From positions 1,056,001-1,120,000 of the forward strand of contig CBDCTZ010000015.1 of NCBI GenBank assembly GCA_965222375.1: a DNA stretch of 64,000 bases, read 5' to 3'. The notes beneath the pieces are model-generated. The model saw only the letters and a program-made list of their open reading frames with translations. It made no database searches and was not told the DNA's origin. A program made the translations under genes and the position numbers. Source of the stretch: Polyangiaceae bacterium. GTDB lineage: Bacteria > Myxococcota_A > Polyangia > Polyangiales > Polyangiaceae. This document shows, piece after piece, positions 57,217 to 64,000 of the stretch. Each line of letters begins with the position of its first letter. The stretch's first letter is position 1.

Positions 57217-57528
57217 ATGAAAGCGGCAGTAATTCGTACCGGCGGTAAGCAGTACCGCGTAACCGAAGGCGACGTCATCGAGATCGAGAAGATCGCGGGC
57301 GACAAGGGCGCCAAGATCGAGTTCGACGAGGTTCTCCTCGTTGGTGGCGACAAGGTCAAGGTGGGCAAGCCCACCGTCAGTGGCGCGAAAGTGGCCGGCG
57401 AGATCCTCGGGCAGGAGCGCGGTGACAAGATCGTGGTCTTCAAGTTCAAGCGCCGCAAGAAGTACCGCCGCAAGGCAGGGCATCGCCAAGAACACACTCA
57501 GGTGAAGATCACCGGGATTGCAGGCTGA
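57217..57528 (+). CDS. rplU: 50S ribosomal protein L21
   Basis: AVIRTGGKQYRV...KRRKKYRRKAGHRQ. Confidence 0.98.
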   Translation: MKAAVIRTGGKQYRVTEGDVIEIEKIAGDKGAKIEFDEVLLVGGDKVKVGKPTVSGAKVAGEILGQERGDKIVVFKFKRRKKYRRKAGHRQEHTQVKITGIAG

Positions 57529-57531
57529 ACC

Positions 57532-57807
57532 ATGGCACACAAGAAAGGTGGCGGCTCAACACGCAACGGTCGCGGCTCGAACGCGCAACATCGCGGCGTC
57601 AAGGTCTACGGTGGTGAAGCCGTACGCGCCGGCGGCATCTTGGTTCGCCAGGTCGGTCAGTCGATCAACCCGGGCCGCAACGTCGGCGTCGGCAAGGACT
57701 TCACGCTCTTCGCGCTGGTGGACGGCACGGTGGCCTACGAGTGGGCCTCCCGCACCAAGAAGAAGGTCAGCGTTTATCCCGAAGGCCAAGCGCCCAAGGC
57801 TAACTGA
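57532..57807 (+). CDS. rpmA: 50S ribosomal protein L27
   Basis: [14 protein letters not shown]...GILVRQ...GKDFTLFAL. Confidence 0.98.
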   Translation: MAHKKGGGSTRNGRGSNAQHRGVKVYGGEAVRAGGILVRQVGQSINPGRNVGVGKDFTLFALVDGTVAYEWASRTKKKVSVYPEGQAPKAN

Positions 57808-57840
57808 CCACCGGGTCATCTCAGGGGCGGTGGCCCAGCG

Positions 57841-58677
57841 ATGACTCGATACAAGCTATTGGTCACTGACCTCGACGGCACTCTGCTTGCCGGCGATGGC
57901 TTTGCGCATGCCAGCGACGCTGCCGCGTTGCGCGAACTGCTCGCGCGGGGCGTTCGGGTCAGCATGTGCACCGGGCGCATGTATTCCGGAACGCGGCATG
58001 TCGCCGTGTCGGTTGGACTGGAAGGTCCTGTGGGCTGCTTGGACGGCAGCCACGTCGTGGACACTTCGTCGGACCGGGAAGTGGCCTGCCATGCATTGAG
58101 TGAACTCGCGACCGAGACCTTGCTGGAGACGCTGGATTTCCACGGGGCGACGCCTTTTGTCTTTGCCGGTGACTCGATTTTCCACGACGAGGGCGGCGAC
58201 CACTATCGCGACTTCGTTCAGATCTGGTCCGAAAAGATGCTGCGGGTGCCGAAACTGAACCCCGCGCCGTGGACTGGGCGGCAGCAGGTCGCAGCAGTCG
58301 TGTCCCTCGGGCAAGAGCATCATGTGCGTCAGGCCGCGACGAAGCTCGAGCAGCAGTCCGAGGACGTGCAGGTGGTGCTCTTTCCAGTGAGCCATCCGGC
58401 ATATCAGGGAAGCTGGGGCATGGTGGTGCGACGCGCTGGGGTGGACAAGGCGACCGCGCTTCGAGAGCTATGCGAACACTATGGCGTCAAGATGGAGGAG
58501 ACCGTGACGGTCGGAGACTGGCTCAATGACGTTCCGATGCTCAGAGCCGCGGGTCGTTCTTTCGCGATGGGTCAGGCACCCCGCACGGTGAAGATGGCCG
58601 CCACGGATGTCCTGGAATCGGATACGTGGACGGGTGGTGGCGTGGAAGAGGCCGCCCGAAGGTCCGGACTATTATGA
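57841..58677 (+). CDS. Cof-type HAD hydrolase
   Basis: DLDGTLL, CTGR, DKATAL, GDWLNDVPML. Confidence 0.92.
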   Translation: MTRYKLLVTDLDGTLLAGDGFAHASDAAALRELLARGVRVSMCTGRMYSGTRHVAVSVGLEGPVGCLDGSHVVDTSSDREVACHALSELATETLLETLDFHGATPFVFAGDSIFHDEGGDHYRDFVQIWSEKMLRVPKLNPAPWTGRQQVAAVVSLGQEHHVRQAATKLEQQSEDVQVVLFPVSHPAYQGSWGMVVRRAGVDKATALRELCEHYGVKMEETVTVGDWLNDVPMLRAAGRSFAMGQAPRTVKMAATDVLESDTWTGGGVEEAARRSGLL

Positions 58678-58719
58678 GCCCGGTCGTCGCGGGACACCGC
58701 AGCGCGTGGTAGGGGCAGT

Positions 58720-59334
58720 ATGAGCGTGGAAACTCAATCCCCCCGTCGTCCGGTGTACCTGGTCATCGCGCTTCTGGCGATGTGGCTGACCGGAATGAAC
58801 GCCGCTGCCGAAGGCTGGCTGGCAATCGAGGTCCTTCGCAATCCCCTGGTCGCCGCACCCTCGAGCGTGGGCGCGCCAGACATCGACAGCGTGGTCCGGG
58901 CGGCCTTCGTCGCTGCGCTGGCCGACAACGCACGTCACAGCCTACCGCTGGGCATCGCGGACCTCATCCTGGGCACCACCCTCGTGATAGTAGCCGCGAA
59001 GGCTTTGTTCGGCCGCCGGGCGTCCCCATCCTTCGCACTGCAAGTCATCGGCGCGAACCTGGTCGTGCTGATCGTCGGCTACGCCCTGCGCCAACCCGTC
59101 CGGGAACGAGTCGTGGAATCCGTCGTTCAGAGCGGGCTCGAAGAGAGACCGGCCAAGGTGGAGGCGGCGGAATTCCAGTCCCTCGTGCGCACCAAGTGGT
59201 GGTGGTCCTTCCGGGTACATCTGGGGCTCCAGTTTGCGGCTTTGTCGCTGTCGGCATTCGCGCTGACGCGGCGCTCGGCGCGGGAGCTGCTTGCGCCCGA
59301 GAGCAGCGACCCGGCTCCGGAAGAAGAAGGCTAG
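58720..59334 (+). CDS. Hypothetical membrane protein (about 4 TM)
   Basis: Hydrophobic segments; operonic position. Confidence 0.75.
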   Translation: MSVETQSPRRPVYLVIALLAMWLTGMNAAAEGWLAIEVLRNPLVAAPSSVGAPDIDSVVRAAFVAALADNARHSLPLGIADLILGTTLVIVAAKALFGRRASPSFALQVIGANLVVLIVGYALRQPVRERVVESVVQSGLEERPAKVEAAEFQSLVRTKWWWSFRVHLGLQFAALSLSAFALTRRSARELLAPESSDPAPEEEG

Positions 59335-59341
59335 GGCGCCT

Positions 59342-61159
59342 GTGGCGAAGATCCACGTTCTCAGCTCCGACTTGGCCAACCAAATCGCGGCGGGGGAAGT
59401 CGTGGAGCGTCCATCCAGCGCGGTCAAGGAGTTGGTGGAAAACGCCCTCGATGCCGGTGCGACGCGGGTGGAGGTCGAGATTGAAGGAGGCGGCATCACG
59501 CGGATCTGCGTGAGCGACGATGGTCACGGTATGAGCGGTGAAGATGCCGTGTTGTGCTTGCAGCGCCACGCGACCAGCAAGATCGATTCCTTGGCAGATC
59601 TGGAGCGCGTCACGAGCTTCGGTTTTCGCGGTGAGGCGCTGCCCAGCGTTGCCTCAGTGAGTCGCTTTCAGCTGATCACGCGAGCTCGAGAAGAAGACGC
59701 CGGCACGCGAGTTCATATGGAAGGCGGCGGCGAGCCAGCGTCATCGCCTACCGGTCGCCCCATCGGCACCACAGTGGAGGTGCGCGACCTGTTCTTCAAC
59801 GTACCGGCGCGGCGCAAGTTCTTGCGGTCGAGCGGCACGGAGTCGGGCCATGTCACCGAGGTATTCGAGTGTGCGGCTCTGGCGAACCCCGAAACGACAT
59901 TCATTCTCACGCGGGATGGCCGCAAGCTGCGGGAATACCTGCGAGCGCCATCGCGCCAGGAGCGGGCCGCTCAAGTGTTCGGCGACGAAGAGCTTGCGCA
60001 CTGCACTGGAGAGCGCGGGCCGCTCAAGCTGGAAGCCTTCTTGTCCAGGCCGGAGCGAGCACGCAGCGGCGCCTCGGGGCTCAAGTTGATGGTGAATTCT
60101 CGCCCCGTCAAAGATCGCGCGCTGGCCCTCACGGTGGCTCAAGCCTACGGCAGCGTGCTCGAGCGCGGGCGCTACCCGCGAGGCGTGGTCTACGTCGAGC
60201 TGCCACCACAATTGGTGGACGTGAACGTCCATCCGCAAAAGGCGGAAGTGCGCTTCGCGGATCCCCGCGCCGCCATGGATGCCGTTTACTCCATGCTCAG
60301 CAAGGCGCTGTCCACGGCGTTTTCGATCCCAACTGCGCCACGCAGCCGCTGGGGCTCTCCCAACAAGGCGGTGCGCAGCGTGCCCGCAGCGGCCAACACG
60401 GCAGCAGCGCCGGCAGCGGCAAGTGGTGCGACCGCGACGGCGGATGCGAGCCAGGACGCGACGGCAGCAGATCCCTGGGGCCTGGCACCAGCGGGCCTTG
60501 GCCCACCGGGCCCCGAGAGCGAGCCGCCCCTGGTCGTGCGGGACAGCGCGGCGAGCCCGATTCGTCCGGCGCCGGAGCTGCAATGGTCCAACCTGCGCTT
60601 CATCGCACAGGTGCGACACACCTATTTGATCTGCGAGGCGGATGACGGGCTGTACGTCCTCGACCAACACGCCGCGGCCGAGCGCGTGGCCTTCGATCGA
60701 CTGCGCAAGGCCTATCGAACGCAAACCGTGGCGTCCCAGTCGCTGCTGTTCCCCCTGAGCATCGAGGTCTCTGCCGCAGAAGCGGACTTCGTGGAGGAAC
60801 ACGCCAACGCCCTGGCCGGCGCGGGTCTCGATCTGCGCCAGCGCGGCCCTGAGACCGTGAGCATTCACGCGGTGCCGAAGCTCTTGCAGCGCGCCAGCCC
60901 GGAGCGACTGGTGCGGGATCTGCTCTCGGAAATGATGCGCACGGGTGGTCGAGCGTTTTCCGACGCGGTGGATCTGACCTTGGCCACCATGGCCTGTCAT
61001 GGCTCGATTCGCGCGGGCGATGTGCTTTCAGCGGAGGAAGCAAAGGCACTGCTGGTCTCCCTGGACGAAGCGGACTTCGCAGGTCACTGCCCCCATGGTC
61101 GCCCGGTGGTCACCGCCATGAGCTGGGCAGAACTCGATCGCAAGGTCGGCCGGCGCTGA
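59342..61159 (+). CDS. mutL: DNA mismatch repair endonuclease MutL
   Basis: NQIAAGEVVERP..VKELVENALDA, HATSK, GFRGEAL, DVNVHP.K.EVRF, DQHAAAER, ACH, CPHGRP. Confidence 0.97.
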   Translation: MAKIHVLSSDLANQIAAGEVVERPSSAVKELVENALDAGATRVEVEIEGGGITRICVSDDGHGMSGEDAVLCLQRHATSKIDSLADLERVTSFGFRGEALPSVASVSRFQLITRAREEDAGTRVHMEGGGEPASSPTGRPIGTTVEVRDLFFNVPARRKFLRSSGTESGHVTEVFECAALANPETTFILTRDGRKLREYLRAPSRQERAAQVFGDEELAHCTGERGPLKLEAFLSRPERARSGASGLKLMVNSRPVKDRALALTVAQAYGSVLERGRYPRGVVYVELPPQLVDVNVHPQKAEVRFADPRAAMDAVYSMLSKALSTAFSIPTAPRSRWGSPNKAVRSVPAAANTAAAPAAASGATATADASQDATAADPWGLAPAGLGPPGPESEPPLVVRDSAASPIRPAPELQWSNLRFIAQVRHTYLICEADDGLYVLDQHAAAERVAFDRLRKAYRTQTVASQSLLFPLSIEVSAAEADFVEEHANALAGAGLDLRQRGPETVSIHAVPKLLQRASPERLVRDLLSEMMRTGGRAFSDAVDLTLATMACHGSIRAGDVLSAEEAKALLVSLDEADFAGHCPHGRPVVTAMSWAELDRKVGRR

Positions 61160-61165
61160 GTCGTC

Positions 61166-62125
61166 ATGGCAACGCCCGCTCTCTGGGTCGTCGTCGGACC
61201 CACGGCATCTGGCAAGACCGAGCTCGCGCTTCGCATGTGCGAGCGTCTCGGCGGGGAAATCATCAGTGCGGACAGCGTGCAAGTCTACCGCCACTTCGAC
61301 ATCGGTAGCGGCAAACCCAGCGCGGAAGAACGAGCGCGAGCGACGCATCACTTGGTCGACATTGTCGAGCCAACGGAAAACATGGACGCTGCCATCTGGA
61401 GCGCTCGAGCGGACGACGCCATTGCGTGTGTGCGGGCCCGTGGACGCGTGCCCATCGTGTGTGGCGGCACGTTCTTGTGGGTCAAGACCTTGCTTCGCGG
61501 GCTGGCGCCGGCACCCACGGCGGACGATGGTGTACGCGCCGCTCATCGCGCACTGGTCGACAGCGAAGGTCGCGCAGCGCTGCATGCCAAGCTGGCGGAA
61601 GTCGACCCGGTGAGCGCCGAGCGTCTCAATCCGAACGACTTCGTGCGCGTCAGTCGCGCCCTCGAGGTGTTCGAACTGTCTGGCAAACCCATGAGCCAAT
61701 GGCAGCAGGAGCACGCCTTCCAAGACACGCGCTACGAAGCGCGGCTGCTCGGCGTACGGCGCACGCCACAAGAGCTGGACGCGCGCATTCGCGCCCGCGC
61801 GGAGGCGATGCTTGCGGCGGGTTGGGCCGAGGAAGTGCGATCGCTGGCGGCGCGAGGGTTCGCGGACACCAAGCCCATGGGCGCGGTTGGGTACAAGCAA
61901 GTGCTCGCGGCACACAGGGCGGAGCAGTGCGACGATAATGTTCGTGCGGAGCAACCGCGCGGCGCAGATGTCGACGCAAAGGCGCCGCCCTCGGAGGCGG
62001 AGCTGTTGGACAACATCGTGCGCGCGACCCGCGTCTTCGCGCGGCGCCAGCGCACCTGGTTGCGCGACGAGGACGTGAAGTGGCTCGACGGAGGCGCGTG
62101 CGGATCCGGAGGCTCCTACAGTTGA
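61166..62125 (+). CDS. miaA: tRNA dimethylallyltransferase
   Basis: GPTASGKT, SADSVQVY, HHLVD, GGTFLW, RALEV, AVGYKQ, FARRQRTW. Confidence 0.97.
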   Translation: MATPALWVVVGPTASGKTELALRMCERLGGEIISADSVQVYRHFDIGSGKPSAEERARATHHLVDIVEPTENMDAAIWSARADDAIACVRARGRVPIVCGGTFLWVKTLLRGLAPAPTADDGVRAAHRALVDSEGRAALHAKLAEVDPVSAERLNPNDFVRVSRALEVFELSGKPMSQWQQEHAFQDTRYEARLLGVRRTPQELDARIRARAEAMLAAGWAEEVRSLAARGFADTKPMGAVGYKQVLAAHRAEQCDDNVRAEQPRGADVDAKAPPSEAELLDNIVRATRVFARRQRTWLRDEDVKWLDGGACGSGGSYS

Positions 62126-62461
62126 CATCTGTCAGGTTGACCGAAGTTCCGGAAATGGAACGCAAGCGTCGGCGCCACTCGTCTGGGACGTGAGTGAACT
62201 CCCACCCGCCGGCATCGCCCGCATAGATCCAGGTGAATCAAGCGACTGCCACGAGGCCTACATGTCGACGGATGTCGACCCATGTCACCAGATGTGCTCC
62301 CCCCGTTGGAAAACAATTGGATTTCGCCGGCGCCAATTTCCCGTACATTCAAAGGTGCGGAAAACTCCGCACTGGGGCGACGGATGAAGGGTGGAAGCGA
62401 AACTGGGTGCAGCGCGCGACCGCGTGGGCTGCGGCTCGCTTTTGGAAGTGAAGGACGACAG

Positions 62462-64000
62462 ATGACCAAGCGGCAGATGGCATCAAGCGAAGCAATCAAC
62501 AAGCGCACGGCCGCACCGCACTGGACAATGCGCTGCAGCATCTTGCTCGGCGCCCTGCTCACAGCGGCATGCGGGCAGAAAGCAGAACGAAAAGCCGAGT
62601 CGCGCCACACGCTCGGCCGCACTGCCGAGGCCGCGAGCGTCGCGCCCGACTGGCCCGCCGAGGCGCTCGTTGGCGTGCGCGGCATCCGCCTCGACAAGAA
62701 CGGCGACATCAGCGGCAACGTTGCCGTCATCGATGCCGGCGATAGTCCCGAGCTCGACGTCGACAAGGACAGCCGCATCGACGGCAGCGTGCGCGCCAAC
62801 CGCATTCGCCTGGACAAAGACACGGTCGTGACCGGCGACGGCGCGTTCAACACATTGAGCGGCAGCGGCACCGTGCAGGGAACCACCACCACGCCCCTCA
62901 CACTTCCGTTGGCGATCACAATCCCGACCATTGGCACCATCACACCAGGCACGACCGACATCACCGTTGCCAGCGGAGCCACGCAAACTCTTGCCCCCGG
63001 CGCCTACGACGAAGCCACGCTAGCCAAAGACGCTACCTTGCGCTTGGACGGCGGAAGCTACGCCCTGCGCAGCCTCGACGCAGCCAAGGACGCCCGCATC
63101 GAATGTGCCGCCGCCTGCGATCTGCGGCTCCTGGAAACGCTGGAACTAGCCAAAAACGCCTACCTGGGCCCCAGCGAGGGCGCGAGCATCGGCTCCGAAG
63201 CTGTCGACGTGCGCGTCGCCAGCGGAAGCGGTTGCACCCAGGTCGCCGTCGACATCGACAAGGACGCCAAGCTGCGTGCTCGTATCGCAGCCCCGGACGG
63301 AAGGCTGCACATCGACAAGAACCTCGACGCCCGCGGCATCCTGATCGCCTGCCGCATCGTCCTGAAGAAGGACGCCAAGATCGAAAAGGACGCCACCGAC
63401 CTATGCGAAGGCGTCAACATCGACGACGGGAACCCGTGCACCGCGGACGCCTGCGATCCAGCGACAGGCGTCGTGACCCACACGCCGCGACCCGCCGGCT
63501 CTTCTTGCAGCGACGGCAACGTGTGCACCGGCGACGAGCTCTGCAACGCCTCCGCAGTGTGCGAACCGGGAACACCTCCGACGATCGACGACGGGAACCC
63601 GTGCACCGCGGACGCATGCGATCCAGTGACCGGAGTGAGCCACACACCGCTGCCAAGCGGATCGAGTTGCAGCGACGGCGACGTGTGTAACGGCGACGAG
63701 CTCTGCAACGCCTCCACAGTGTGCGAACCGGGAACACCTCCGACGATCGACGACGGGAACCCGTGCACCGCGGACGCATGCGATCCAGTGACCGGAGTGA
63801 GCCACACACCTGTGCCAAGCGGCACGAGCTGCAGCAATGGCGATGTGTGTGATGGTCTGGAAACCTGCAACAGCGCGGGCGTCTGCCAACCGGGAACACC
63901 GCTGAGTTGCGACGACAGCAACGTGTGCACCGCAGACGCGTGCAATCCCGCCTCCGGCTGCGACTTCGTGCCCGTCTCAGCCGGCTCCAGCTGTGCCGAT
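62462..64000 (+). CDS. Large secreted lipoprotein, 3'-truncated: beta-solenoid-like region plus Cys-rich DDGNPCT repeats (absent from the ORF track)
   Basis: Frame from ATG 62462 (MTKRQMASS...LLGALLTAAC) appears open to the window end; recurring LDK(N/D) motifs, then IDDGNPCTADACDP...CSDG.VC.G.E.C repeats. Confidence 0.8.
   Translation, partial: MTKRQMASSEAINKRTAAPHWTMRCSILLGALLTAACGQKAERKAESRHTLGRTAEAASVAPDWPAEALVGVRGIRLDKNGDISGNVAVIDAGDSPELDVDKDSRIDGSVRANRIRLDKDTVVTGDGAFNTLSGSGTVQGTTTTPLTLPLAITIPTIGTITPGTTDITVASGATQTLAPGAYDEATLAKDATLRLDGGSYALRSLDAAKDARIECAAACDLRLLETLELAKNAYLGPSEGASIGSEAVDVRVASGSGCTQVAVDIDKDAKLRARIAAPDGRLHIDKNLDARGILIACRIVLKKDAKIEKDATDLCEGVNIDDGNPCTADACDPATGVVTHTPRPAGSSCSDGNVCTGDELCNASAVCEPGTPPTIDDGNPCTADACDPVTGVSHTPLPSGSSCSDGDVCNGDELCNASTVCEPGTPPTIDDGNPCTADACDPVTGVSHTPVPSGTSCSNGDVCDGLETCNSAGVCQPGTPLSCDDSNVCTADACNPASGCDFVPVSAGSSCAD
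63419..63960 (+). repeat. ~162-165-bp coding repeats (Cys-rich units)
   Basis: atcgacgacgggaacccgtgcaccgcggacgc at 63419, 63584 and 63746. Confidence 0.9.

Noticed and set aside
56741..57220. 159-aa ORF upstream of rplU
   Set aside because: Translation of the 50-bp repeat and promoter region, with no protein-like features
1..64000. tRNA, rRNA, IS/transposase, integrase or prophage genes
   Set aside because: No recognisable motifs by eye; tRNAscan-SE, Infernal and ISEScan would be needed to exclude them formally

Overview
GC-rich bacterial genomic DNA that looks myxobacterial, probably Polyangiales-like. This is inferred from MYXO-CTERM tails, many Gly-rich lipoproteins, a Ser/Thr kinase/PEGA/FHA-sigma54 module and gliding-type GltF/GltG-like genes. 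Housekeeping genes recognised: ggt (two copies), gshB, two acyl-CoA dehydrogenases, rplU, rpmA, mutL and miaA, plus a vapBC-type TA pair. Two systems stand out. (1) A compact five-gene minus-strand operon at 16.8-19.7 kb has the order and sequence hallmarks of a type III secretion tip/chaperone/translocon cassette (lcrG-lcrV-lcrH-yopB-yopD layout). No injectisome gene is recognisable in the window, and the operon sits directly upstream of GltF/GltG-like genes. (2) A 26.9-43.9 kb region places a STAND ATPase, Ser/Thr kinase, PEGA protein and FHA-sigma54 activator among secreted lipoproteins, six of which share a C-S/G-F/L-R/N-x-I/V/L mature N-terminus. These genes share a palindrome GTGCGCCC-N5-GG(G/A)CGC(A/G) (4 copies) lying at helically phased distances from five sigma54 -24/-12 motifs. 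Also present: a 50-bp hairpin-containing tandem array upstream of rplU with a lone relative at 9.0 kb, a transglutaminase-elicitor-like lipoprotein and several gene remnants. No rRNA, tRNA, transposase or CRISPR-Cas was recognised. All family calls come from motif recognition by eye, not database searches.
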